The notes below the pieces were generated by a model. The model was not told the DNA's origin. It saw only the letters and a list, made by a program, of their open reading frames with translations, and did no database searches. From NCBI GenBank assembly GCA_000388065.2, contig KB932203.1: a stretch of DNA of 32,200 nt. One strand, written 5' to 3'. Shown piece by piece: positions 1-12,300 of this stretch. Source of the DNA: Fonticula alba ATCC 38817. Taxonomy: Eukaryota; Protista; Nucleariida. A program made the position numbers and the translations under genes. The stretch's first letter is position 1; each line of letters starts with the position of its first letter.

Positions 1-748
1 GGGACGCATCGTTCGCTTGGCACATTATCCCGGGAGCCGGGGCTCTCTCGGCCACATGCCCACGGAAGGGGCGCCCGACCGGGGCCGGCCCTCGGCCGCC
101 GCCGCTGCCGGGCCCGGGCCCCGTCGTCCGCCGCTGCGGCGGGGCGACGCGCGCGCGTTGTTTTTTTGTCGCCGCCCACCCTGGCGCCAGGGTGCTGGCC
201 GGCGGCGTCGTGTGTGCGCATGTGTGTCTGTGTGCGCTCGGGAGCCGGGTCCCCCCGCCCCTCCGCTCGGGGATGTGGCTCGGGGTTCCGGTCGACAGGC
301 CGGCGTGCCCCCCCGGCGATGTGTGACGGACTTGCCCCCTCCCCCGCTGGGGCATGCTGCCGGCGGCATCACGCGGGGCGCGAGACCAGTCCGGCGCCGG
401 GCCGCACGTTCGTTGGAATTTTGCGCGCCGGCTCTTGTGTGTGTGTGTGTGTGTGGGCGGCCCCCTGACGCGCAGCCGTGGGGGTGGGGGGAGGATAGGG
501 CGACTAGTCGCCAGGCTCGGAGGCCCCGTCGGTCCCTGGCCCCCCCCCCCCCCCGCCCTGCCGCATGTCTCGGGGCCCGCTATTTTACCGGGGCTGCGAG
601 ATCTCGCCGCCAGGCCGGCAGGATGCCCGAGAAGTCTGGGCGGGGGGCTGGCGCGGCCCGGGCCGATGGTGGAGTGGTGGGGCTTGGCGCGGGCTCGCTC
701 TCTCGTTTCTCCCTGCTCCCTTGTCCCCCCCTCCTCTCTCTCTCTCTA

Positions 749-780
<32 letters not shown>

Positions 781-1073
781 TTTCCAAACCTCGCCTTCGC
801 TCACCCACGAACGCGAGTCTTTTTCACTAACAGTTTAGTCGCTAGATCCCGCGCACTCCGGGCAATCCCTCCTCAATTCTTGCCCTCCCCCTCCCCCCCG
901 CCCGGTTACTTGCATTTCCACCCTCGCCGACCAGACTTTGCTGCTCTCGCCCCTGCCTCTGCCCCCCCACCCCGCCCTCCGTCTGGCCACCCCCTAGACG
1001 TCGAGACGGCCGGAGCCACTCCCCCCCCAGTCATCCTCTTCCTGGCCCCCTTGTTGGTGCACCTGCCGCCGCC

Positions 1074-2350
1074 ATGTTTGAGGCCCTCGTTGCCGACGTT
1101 CTCCGGCGCCTGCTGGGGCGCTATGTGCAGGACCTTCATTCGGAGCAGCTTCGACTGGCCGTCTGGTCCGGTGCGTGGCTCTCCTCCCCCTCCCGCCCCG
1201 CCCCGCCCCGCCACCCACACCCCCACACCTACACCGANNNNNNNNNNNNNNNNNNNNNNNNNNNNNNNNNNNNNNNNNNNNNNNNNNNNNNNNNNNNNNN
1301 NNNNNNNNNNNNNNNNNNNNNNNNNNNNNNNNNNNNNNNNNNNNNNNNNNNNNNNNNNNNNNNNNNNNNNNNNNNNNNNNNNNNNNNNNNNNNNNNNNNN
1401 NNNNNNNNNNNNNNNNNNNNNNNNNNNNNNNNNNNNNNNNNNNNNNNNNNNNNNNNNNNNNNNNNNNNNNNNNNNNNNNNNNNNNNNNNNNNNNNNNNNN
1501 NNNNNNNNNNNNNNNNNNNNNNNNNNNNNNNNNNNNNNNNNNNNNNNNNNNNNNNNNNNNNNNNNNNNNNNNNNNNNNNNNNNNNNNNNNNNNNNNNNNN
1601 NNNNNNNNNNNNNNNNNNNNNNNNNNNNNNNNNNNNNNNNNNNNNNNNNNNNNNNNNNNNNNNNNNNNNNNNNNNNNNNNNNNNNNNNNNNNNNNNNNNN
1701 NNNNNNNNNNNNNNNNNNNNNNNNNNNNNNNNNNNNNNNNNNNNNNNNNNNNNNNNNNNNNNNNNNNNNNNNNNNNNNNNNNNNNNNNNNNNNNNNNNNN
1801 NNNNNNNNNNNNNNNNNNNNNNNNNNNNNNNNNNNNNNNNNNNNNNNNNNNNNNNNNNNNNNNNNNNNNNNNNNNNNNNNNNNNNNNNNNNNNNNNNNNN
1901 NNNNNNNNNNNNNNNNNNNNNNNCTGAAGGCCAAGCTCCAGCGCATCAAGCTCATCGAGGCATCGATCAGCGCGGCGCTCGAGCGCGCGCTGGCTAGCCT
2001 GGCCGCCGCCGAGCGCGATGCCAAGGGCTCCGGCGCCGCCGGGGCCTCCTCCGGGGCCGCCTCCTCCGTCAGCGGCCGCATCAACGCCGTCGGCACGGCC
2101 CTGGTGACGACACTTGTGCGCAATGTCGAGCTCAAGGTCCGGCGGGTGTGCCTGCGTCTGGAGGACGATGCCGAGGAGGCCAACTGCCTCCGGCGCCAGA
2201 CCACCCAATCCGGCGGGACGGTCCCCCGGCCGGTCCCCTCGCGCGGTGCCGCTGCCCACGGCCCGTCGCTCGGCGAGTCGCGCTTCTTCGCCGGTAGCAT
2301 CGTCATGGACACGCTGGACATCAACACCATCGATGAGCATGGGCGCCGCG
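1074..2350 (+). other. VPS13: VPS13 Chorein_N region (interrupted by an intron and an assembly gap)
   Basis: Exon 1 encodes MFEALVADVLRRLLGRYVQDLHSEQLRLAVWSG after a strong Kozak context gccgccgccATG. After the gap the frame reads ALVTTLVRNVELKVRRVCLRLEDD...FAGSIVMDTLDINTIDEHG, typical of the chorein N-terminus. Confidence 0.9.
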
Positions 2351-5300
2351 GTACGCCACGCACATCGCCCGCCCATCCTTCGCGGAGACTGTCTCTCCGC
2401 CCCCACTAACCTGTCTCTGTCCTCCCCGCTGGCCGCCTCGATCTCCCCCTGCGCCTCTTCCCCGCCGCCGGGTGCAGCCTTCGTGTCTGGCGATTCCAAA
2501 ACCCAGATTTTCAAGCAGGCTGACCTGACCGGGCTGCGCTTCGTCCTGGACAACTCGCCCACCTTGACCGGATCTGCCGTGGTCAAGACCGGCACGCAGC
2601 CGGAGAAGGATACCGCCTTCCGACAGCGCGTCTGGCTGGCGGTCAACCCGCCGTCGGGCGGTCAGGCCGGTGCCCCGGGCACCAGTCCCAGCGCCGGCAG
2701 CCAGCCCGCATCGGCCCCGACATCGGCCATGCCATCCCCCCGGGTGGGTGCCCTGCCGGCCTCCTCCTCGCACTCGCGCTTGGCCGGCGACGCGCCGGAC
2801 CCCGGGACCAGCCCCTTCCCCCCGACCACCAATGACACAAACTCCTTCGCGACCGTCATCAGCCCAGTGCGGGCCGTGGCCAAGGTGCGTGCCCTTCGCC
2901 GGCGCATCGGGGCCGGCCTTGGGCGGTGGCTCCTTCCCTCCTGTCCTGCTTCCTCTCTCTCTCTCTCTCTCCCCCTGCCTATGGCCTTCCCCATCGGCAG
3001 CCGCTTCCGAGGCCCCATCGTGGCTTCGGCCCCGACCCCCGGGCCCGACCCAGTTCTGCGGGCTCCGAAGCACTGACACTCTGTCGCCCTGTCCCCATCC
3101 CCTCCCTTGCACCTGGGTCCGACGCTCTCCTTTGCTGTCCCCCCCCCCTCCCGGCCATCGACAGCTCTCCCTGCGGCCGGTGTCCACCCCGACGGCTCCC
3201 TGGCTGACGCTGGACATGCAAGTGCCGGATCCGGTGCGCATCAATGTGCATGAGCGCCACCGGTCGATTGCCCGCATGGAGCGCGTCATCCGCACTCTGA
3301 CGCATCCCGAGAGCCTGGTACACTCGCGGCGGCCGGATCCGGCGGCCGTCGCGGCCGCCGAGGCCGCCGCCGCCAAGCAGTACGACGAGACCGTGGCCGA
3401 GTCGGTGCGCTTCGACATTGTTCGCACTCGGCCGGCGTGCCGGCCACTGGCCTCCGGCTCGGGTCTAGCCCTGCCGGATGAGTCGGCCCTCCTGGGCTCG
3501 GGATCGGCGGCCGAGTCGGCGGCCGAATCGGCGGCCGAGTCGGCGACCGAGTCGGCCGCCGGGTCTCCCCCACTCTCGGAGTCCGCGGGCGATTCGGCCG
3601 ACGCGCCGGCCGGCCCGCTCGGGGCCTTGCCCACTAAGTCGCAGGCCCTGGCCGCGGCCACCTGCTCGCTGCGCATGCGCCAGCATGGGTCCTCCGCCAC
3701 ATCGCCAGCCAGGCAGTGGTGGCAGTATGCCGTTCGCCTGTGCGTTGCCCATGCCCTCAACACTGCTTGCCATATGCACCGCCGCCACTGGCACCACCGC
3801 CACCCTCGGACATGCGGCCTCGCCAGCCATGTCACCTCGGCGCGCATGTCCCCCCCCCATATATATATATATGTATATATGCCGATCCCTATGCACAGGC
3901 ACTGACTCCCGCTCCTGGTCCCCCCCCCCCCCCCCACGAAGAGTGCTCACCACACGCAACCCACACCGAGTGCGCATTGACTGGACGGTGCTCGCGGCTC
4001 GACGCGAGGCGCGCAAGGCGTACGAGCTGGTGTACCGTCGCTGGCGGGCGGCGCACTATGCCTTGGCCCCGGCGGCGGCGGCGACCTCGTCAGCGCCGAA
4101 CCCGGCCGCGGTCACGGCCCCGGCCACCGCCGGCACAGCTGGCAAGGCCCCGGCCACTGGCAGCCGAACGCCCGCCCCGGCGGCGGGCGCGGCCAAAGCC
4201 ACCGCCGAGCCCTCCGGGGCCAAGGGGCCGGCCCCGAGCGCCGGGCCCAAGGCCGAGAAGCAGGCGCGTTTGGCGGCCGAGCTTCGTGCCCTGGAGCAGC
4301 ACATCGCTCTCGGGGACATCCGCCGGTGGCGGTCGCGCGTGGCCGCGGTCATCGCCGTGCGCAAGCGCAAGGAGGTGGCCGCCGCCGCCGCCGCCGCGGG
4401 GGCCACCGCAACGGGCTCCGGTGCGGCGCGAGCCTCCGGCACCGGGGCCTCGGCGGCCGGGTCGCCTGGGCTGCCTGGCACCGCCGCCGAGAGTGCTCCC
4501 CTTGGAGGGTGGTTGTCCGGCTGGCGCTGGAGTCGGACCCCGGCACCGGCGAGCCCGGCCAAGCCTGGCGCCGGGGCAGCAACGCCCTCCGGCGCCGGGC
4601 CGGGCACTCCCTCGCGGCCGGGCGCCACCCCGGCGGCTGCCCTTGCGGCTGGCGCGTCGGCCGACGAGTCGGACGAGGATGACTCGGTCATCCATGTGAC
4701 CGATGAGCAGCTCCGGCAGTTCTACGACCTGATTGGCCTGGAGGTCGGTCCGGACAGCCACTCGCTGCTGATGGACCGCCTGGCCGAGGACCCCTCCGCT
4801 CCGATCGCCTGGGACGGCGGCATCCAGGCGAGCATTCGCTTCACCGGCTTCGAGGCGTCGCTCTGGGCCTCTCGTGGTATGTTTCCTTTCTCTTCTCCAT
4901 GTCTCTTCTCCATGTCTCTTCTCCATGTCTCTTTCCCTCTCTCTTCTCCATGTCTCTTCTCCATGTCTCTTTCCCTCTCTCTTCCCCTCCCTCCTTCTTC
5001 CCCCCATACCCCCTCGCCCTTTCCCCGCCTCTTTGCCTGTTCTCTGACCACTCGCCCACCTGGCCCAGACATGCTGCCCTTCCTGGTCCTTGAGGCGCAC
5101 GGGCTGGAGCTCGGTGCCGCAACCCTGGCACCGCCACAGGGGACCACCCTGTCACAGGCGCCACCAGACGTGGCCTACTACATCACCGGCGGGCTGGAGG
5201 CGATCGTCGTCCGCGACGCGCGACTGTCAGATCCCGCCCTCTCCAGCACCACCCCCGGCATCAACCACCGCGAGGAGGCGGTCATCCTCTCCTCGCGAGC

Positions 5301-6277
5301 GTCGCTGACTTCCGGGGCCGACACCGGCAGTTCCCGCTCCTCCGGGTCCTCAGTCTTCACCTTCCAGCTGACATCCATGTGGGAGTCCTCCGAGCCGGTG
5401 GGGTCCGGCGCGCCGGGCAGCAGCAGCATGTCTCCAACTCCCTCGCCAGCTCTGGACGGGTCGGATGCCGGGGGAGCCGCCGCGCCCGGGGCCTCAGCCG
5501 CCGGCCCGGCCGTGGTCGAGTGGTGTCGTGTCTACCGGCTGACCTCGCGTGTGGGGGCCATCGATGCGCGCTTCTGTGCGCCCTTCTTCTCGACACTGGT
5601 GTGTTGCCCACTTTCTCCGTCTCTCTGTCTCTTCTCTGTCTCTTCTCTGTCTCTTCTCTGTCTCTCTATGCCCTCCTCTTTCTCTCTTTCTCTCTGTCTC
5701 TCTCTCTCTCTCTCTTTCCCCCTCGCTCTTCCTTCTCTCTCTCTCTCTCTCTCCCTCGCACTTTGTCCCTGCCTCCCTGCTAGGTCCTTTGCCATCCATG
5801 CGCCCTGGCCGCCCGAGCTGACCCCCTGTCTGGCGACTTCCCGCGCCTTCTCCGTGCTCTCCTCGGCTGCCCAGTCCTTGGTCTTCTCGCGTCGCTCGAA
5901 GCGCGTGAAGAAGGCCACCTCGCGGGTGGCCCAAGTGGCATCCTCGCGCGCGGCCGACGTCATTGTCAAGTCGGCCCGCGAGGCGTCCTTCCTGGACATC
6001 CAGGTGTTCATTTCGGCCTCGCGCTTCATTCTCCCCTCGTACCTGGGCCCGGTGTCGGTCTTTGGTCGCCAGGCCAAGCTCCAGCTGGGCACCGGGTCCC
6101 CGGCCGAGCTGGTCCTTGACACCGGCTCTCTGAGCATCACCTCGCTCGGGCGCAAGAGTATGTCCCCTGCCTGAGCTTCCCCCTTCCCTTGGTCCACCGG
6201 CTTGCTTTTGCACCGGGAAAGGAGAGAAGAGGCAAGCACTCGCTCACCACTTCCTACCGCCCCCCCCCCCCCCCTGC

Positions 6278-6312
<35 letters not shown>

Positions 6313-9300
6313 CCCTTTGCCTCCGCGCCCACTTGGTGGACTTTCCTCCTCAGCCCACGGCCAGGACTTCCTGCGGGTGGAGGCCCCGGGCCTGCTGGGC
6401 CCGGCCGACGTGTCGGTCCCCCGTCGAGTGCAAGTTCACCACGCCATCCAGGTGAGCCTCACCTCGCCGTCGATCTCGCTGCTGCCGCTGGCCGCGGGGC
6501 CCGGGTCGCCGGGTGGCCAGCGCTCGACCGGCCCCCGGCCCGAGGTCCTGGCCTCCGGGGATGGGGCCACGTTGACGGTTTGGCTGTCCAAGCGCCGGCC
6601 CAACCAGGCGCGCTTCGACCAGAGTGTCAGCGACTCACTCGGCCTGATTGACAGCTATCAGACCGATCCGTATCTGTCGGTCCCGGTGTCGGCCTTCATC
6701 GAATTTCACGCGTCGCACATGCGTCTCGGTACGTGGCGCAATGCCCACCAGCCGGGCGGCCGTTTGAACCTGGCCTCGGTTCACCCCGCCGCCTCGCCCT
6801 AGGTGCTGACCCTGTCGCCGTCTTGTTCATGCGCCCGTGACAGCCATCTCGCCGCGGTGTGTGGCCGCATTGGTTGCCCTGCCCGAGCGGCTGACCTACG
6901 TGCTGGATCCCTTCCATGCGCGTTCCATCTCGCGGCTGTTCGCGGTGCAGCGGCAGACCGCTCGCGCGCGTGGTGGCCATTCGGATGACGAGTTCTTCGA
7001 CGCCGAGGAGCAGTTGCCCGCGGCGGTGGCGACCACGTCGGCGGCTCCGGCGGCTGCGCCGGCCGGCCCCCCGGCCCCCAGTATGGGGGTCATCGACGAC
7101 GGCATCGACGACCATGGCGACGATGACGACGACGACGATGACTACATGGCCCCGGCCGATGATGATGATGATGATGATGACGATGACGATGGCGATGGCA
7201 TTGATGCCGGTGACGACGTGCCCGGCCTCGGCGCGACGCATGGCCTGGACCGTGCCGCCAGCGGCACCAGCACCGGGGTGTCGACGCCCACCGGGGCCGA
7301 TCCCGGGACTCGGGGCTCCCCGTCGCTCGGGCTGCCCGGGCGCCGGTCGCTGCACCTGAGCATCCCCTCGACGCCGGGGTCGCCGCGACTGTCGATGGGG
7401 CCCCGATCGCCGGGGCTCGACCGGCCCCTGTCGCCGGGGCTCGGCCGCCATGCTGGCCAGCTGGACGAGGAGGCGTCGATGCTGGTGACGCACATGGTCA
7501 ACCTGGGCAGCCTGCCCTCCGGGCCGGCGGTCAACATGGCCCGGCTGCTGCCGTACCCGATGCCTGGCGATCAGGCGCCCGGGCGTGGCCCCGGCCGCAA
7601 GGGCGGCCTGCCCCTGCATGTGGGCCTGGCCTCGCTGGTGGCTCCGGGTTCCTCGCCTCGTGGGGGGCCGGCGGCTCTGGCTGGGGCCATGTCCCCGGGA
7701 CCCGGCGCCGGCGTGCCCGACGGCGCGAGCCCCCTGCTGACACCGGCTGGGGCTTCGCCGAGGACCGGAGGACCGCTGTCGCCCGTCGGCGAGGGCGTGC
7801 GCGTCCCTGCCGCCCTGGACTCCAGCCTTCTGACGCCGGCCAGCGCCATGATCTTCCGCGCGTCCATCGAGCGGGTGCGTTCCCAAATCCCTCCCCCGCC
7901 CCCGGCCAGTGTCCCTTGCCCACCTTCTGGCCCGTGGGTGCTTCTTGTCTTGCTGCATCCTGCACCTGTGTCTCGGCCCACCAGCGAGAGCTTCTCCGCA
8001 GTCTGTCCAACTCACCTCTCCCTCCCTCTCTCCCTCCATTTCTCCCTCCATTTCTCCCTCCATTTCTCCCTCCCTCCCTCTCCCTCGCTCCCTTCCTTCA
8101 TCTCTCCCTCTCCCTTCCTCTCCCTCTATCTCTCCTCGCCCCTCTCTCTCTCTCTCGCTCCCTCGCTCCCTTCCTCTCCCTCTATCTCTCTCCCTCCCTC
8201 CATCTCCATCTCTCCTCGTCCCACGCACACACACGCACATCGCCAACCAACTTCGCCCGTGGGACTACCCGCGCGCAGTCGGAGTTGCTCCTGATGCTCA
8301 ACGAGTCGGATGCCAGCCCGGAGGATGCGGACGACTCGCCGGCCGCCCGGTCGTTGGCGTGCTTCTCCATCGACGGCTTGTCGCTTGGCGGACGCACGGT
8401 CTTCGCCGGGCCGGCCCCCTTCGCCGGGGCCCCGGCTGTCCCGGCCAACTTGAGCCAGCTGTCCCTGTCAGCACGCGTGGTGACGGTGGAGGACCTGCGC
8501 CTCGGGGGCAGCAGCGTCCCGGGATCCGATGCCGGCCGGCGGCAGTCGTCCGTGCTCTTCCGGATCGGCTCGCGGCCAACCTTCGCCGGACCCTCGCCCG
8601 GGCCCGGCACCGGAGCCGGGACCGAGCAGCCCCCCACCGCGGTGATGTCCCCGCCGCTGCCCGGCTCCGGCTCCGGCCCCGGGGCCGATCGCCAGCGAGT
8701 CAAGTCCCTGCGCCTGCCATGGTCGCCGACGCTGGCCAAGCCGACCGACGCCCTCGGGGTGGTCCTCTCGCATATGAGCTCCCCGAGCGAGGCGTCCGTG
8801 CAGTTTGGCGGCTTCATGACTCCGCCGCTGGAGCTGGATGCATCCTCCTCAGACACGAATGTCCATCTGTCGGTGCGTCGATTCCCCTCGTGCCTTCGCG
8901 CGGTCGCATTCCCCCGGCTCCCTCGGCAGCTGCTAACCCCCCTCTCCCCCCCTCCTCCTCCTCTCCCCCGGTGGCCGTCCTTGGCCGCGGATCGCGTGCT
9001 CTCCTTCTCCCTGGCTCGCCTGGCCCGCAGCTCGGCCGGCTGGATCTGGACATTCGCGACCAGCTGATCACGGACATCCTGAACATCACCAACGCCTTCA
9101 TCCCTCCGACATCCGCCTGGTCCAGCAACCAGCCGGCGTCCGGCGGCAGCACGGCCCCCGCGTCCGGTGGAGCCGCGGCCGCGTCGCCTCGCCCGGACAA
9201 GTCCCCCTCCGGGGCCCGGTCGTCCACGCGCGTTTGTGTGCAATTCAGCTGCGGCCTGCTCAGTGCCACGCTCACGCAGGCGGTCCCCCTGAGCGGCAGC

Positions 9301-12300
9301 CTCCCCCCGGCCGCCATCAACACCGGCAGTCTGTCCATCGGTGCGTGCAGTTGGCCCGCCGGCTCCGGGCCCCTCTCCATTCCCTGGCCGGCGTTTCCTG
9401 TGTGCTCCCCCGACCGCCCGGGCACTGATGCATCCCCCTTCCCCTCGCCCCCCCCCCCCCGGCAATCCAGTCCTCGACTCGGTCTTCTGCTCCCTGGAGT
9501 CCGGCGGCCAAAGCAATCTGGCCCTGACCGTGCCCGCCGGCTATCGGTCGCCCTCCGGGCGGAACATCATGAACGCCATGTCCTGGCAGGGGACCCCCTT
9601 CGCCGCGGCTGGCCCCGGGATCCTGGTTCATGCATCCATCCTCCGGGCGCATGTGGCCGACCTGACCAAGCTGGCCCTCCGATCGGAGGACTTGCCGGCC
9701 GACGCGCCGGCACTCCTGCCCAGCCCGGCGGCCCGGCTGTTCGACTTGCTGGTGCCGGTGCGCCCTCCGCCCCTCCTGCCTCTGTCCTTCCTGGCGCCGC
9801 CCTTCCTGCCTTTCCCCCCTCCCCTGGTCGTCCTAACATTCGACCGTCCCCCCCCCCNNNNNNNNNNNNNNNNNNNNNNACCGTAGCTTGAGGTCGGCGT
9901 CCATCTGGCCGGCGAGCAGACGCCGCGGATTTTCGTGCGCGACGCCCCGCAGCTCGATGCCGATGCCCTTCCGACCATCCCCGACCGGCGGTGCCTGGCA
10001 TCGGGCCCGGCCCCAAGTGGCTTGGCCCGTCCGCGTGTCATGATCGCCTTCGGCCTGGCTCCCTGGCTGGCGGCGCTGGACCACGTCGACACGATGTTGG
10101 CCTCGTTGGCCGGGGCCAAGAGCCGGCGATCGGCCCCGAAGCCGGCGGCCGATGCCCCGGCTCCGCAGGCCGCCCACCCGCGGGCGCCCTTCGCCCTGGA
10201 CCTGGCTGTCACCAGCCCGATGATGCTGGTGGTCCCGCCGAACTGGGGCTCCCGGGTGCCGGCCAGCGCCGGCGCGCCCACGGTCCCCGGGCTGGCCATC
10301 ACCTGCCGCGGGCTGCTCGTGCAGCAGGGCCCCTTCGGTGACCGGCCATGCGCGGCCTCCGGCGAGGCCCATCTCTTCGGGTCGCTGTCTGACCCGCCGC
10401 CCGAGCCGAGCCTCAAGTTCCTGATCGCGTGCGTGCCCGCCCCGCCCCGCCCGGCCTTGTGCCTGCTCCGCCCCCCCCCCCCCACCAGCCGTGAGTCTGT
10501 CGTGTGGCAGCGCCCCTCCTGTGTTTTCCCGGAGCCACTGTTTGTGCTAATGCTTCCGTCTCTCCGCTTGTCCCCCTACCCCCCCGCCACCCCTCCACAG
10601 GCTGGCTTCTGCATCGGTCTTCGTGGCGCACTTCCCGACTTGCTCCAAGGGGCAGTGCGACATGCACCCCCATGTGTCGGGCCTGTGCGCCGCGGCCGAG
10701 GAGTCCCCCGGCGGGGGGTTCGCCCCGGCGGCGCTGCTGCGTGACGTCGGCGCGCGAGTGTGCTTCGCGCTGACGCCGCACCCGGCGCCGGCCCCGCACA
10801 CGGTCCAACTCCGACTCTTCGCCACCGGGACCGGGCATGTGGAGGAATTTGCCCCGGAGCCCGGGGCCTTTGCCCAGCACTTTGCCCAGTGGCCTGGGGA
10901 TCTGTCGGTGGCCGGGCCCGGGGCCCTGGGCGGGCCGGCCGCCCGGCTGGCCGTCGACTCGACCCTCTTCCGGGCGGTGCAGCTCATGCTGGCCGGGAAC
11001 TTCTCCGAATCGTACCTGGCCCCGGCTCGGCGGGCGGCCCTGCAGGCGTCGCACCCGGAGCGCGGCCTGGCCGTCGGGGTGGCCACCTCCGGGGACTTCC
11101 ATCTGGTGTTGCTGTCCTCGGATGCGGCCTTCCCCTCGGCCCGGGCGCCGACCCTGCTGGTGGCCGCCCTGCCGGGGCTCCGTGTGCAGTATGGCATGGG
11201 CCAGGCCGGGGTGGTCATCCGGGCCGAGCTGCCGGCCGGGGCGGCCGGGCGTGTTCTCCCGGCCGAGGGGCACATCCTGGCCGAGGATGCCGCGGTGCAG
11301 GGGGTCCTGGCCGGCACGACCGACCCCCTGGGGCTGGCCTCGCTCTCGGGCAACCTGCTGGCCACCGGGCCGCTGTCGGTGCTCTTCTATGTGGGGTCAC
11401 CACGTGCGCCGCGTTCCCCGGCCGGGGTGGCGGCCACCTTCCCGGACATGGGCCGCATGACGGCCCCCTTTGGCAGTCCGGTTTTGGCGGATGGCCCGCT
11501 GTTGGCCGGTCCGACGGCCACCGGGCGCAGTCCGCGCCTGGCGGTCACCGGGGCCTGGGTCCATGCCCCGGCCGACCCGCTGTGGGTCCGGTACATCCAG
11601 CGGCTGCTGGCCCGGGGTGTTCCCCAGTGGGGCTTCCTCCAGCCGGAGGGCACTTCGGCCGAGGGGCCACGGGTGCCGGTCCTTGCCGGCCCGCCGCCGA
11701 GCCCCACCACGCCGCTCTGCCTGGATGCCAGCCTGGACCGGCTGTCGGTGGTGCTGGCGTCCCACTCGCCGGGCACCTCGCCCGGGGGCCAGGTGGCCCT
11801 GTGCACCAAGTCCCGGCGGTTCTGCCGCACGGGGCTGCTCTTCCGCGCGACCGGCGTGCACTTCATCATCTACGGCGAGCAGCTGGTCATCGCCGCGCGC
11901 CAGGAGCTCATGGCCTACCGGCTGACGCAGCTCACCGATGACACCCTGTGGGCCAGCCCGGTGGTCATGGCCACTCCCTCGGCCGAGCATGGGGTGGCTC
12001 TGCAGTTGGACCTGCAATCGCGCGTGCCGGTGGCCGCGGCCCTGCGCCAGGCCGAGGCCCTGCGTGCCCGGCGACCCGGCTCGTACCCCGGCCTGGAGCC
12101 CCTGCGGGATTCCACCCATCGCCCGGTGCCGGAGTGGGCCGTGCGTCTGGTGGCCGACTCCTTCTCGGCCATGATGCCGACCGGGGGCCCGGCGGCCGGG
12201 GCGGCTCCCGACGGCGGCCCGGCGGCCGGCCCCTCCGGCCCCTCCGGCCCCCCCGGCAGTCCCGGCGACAGCCCCGGCAGTGATCTCATGTCCGACTCGG

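Noticed and set aside
17-1000. ORFs upstream of VPS13 (17-838, 354-830, 565 onward and others)
   Set aside because: Low-complexity Arg/Pro/Gly translations running through GT and CT microsatellites, with no recognisable motif. Expected by chance at this GC content.
2999-3000. Alternative acceptor CAG at 2998-3000 in intron 2885-3164
   Set aside because: It gives a frameshift with a stop at 3207. The 3164 acceptor has a branch motif (3072-3077), preserves frame and restores VPS13-like sequence.
3859-3880. (AT)n island as a TATA box or internal promoter
   Set aside because: It lies inside a phase-consistent intron (3740-3941) and is most simply a microsatellite.
5781-5783. Alternative acceptor TAG at 5781-5783
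   Set aside because: It is out of phase with the GTGTGT donor at 5599. The 5874 acceptor follows CTGAC at 5818 and is in phase.
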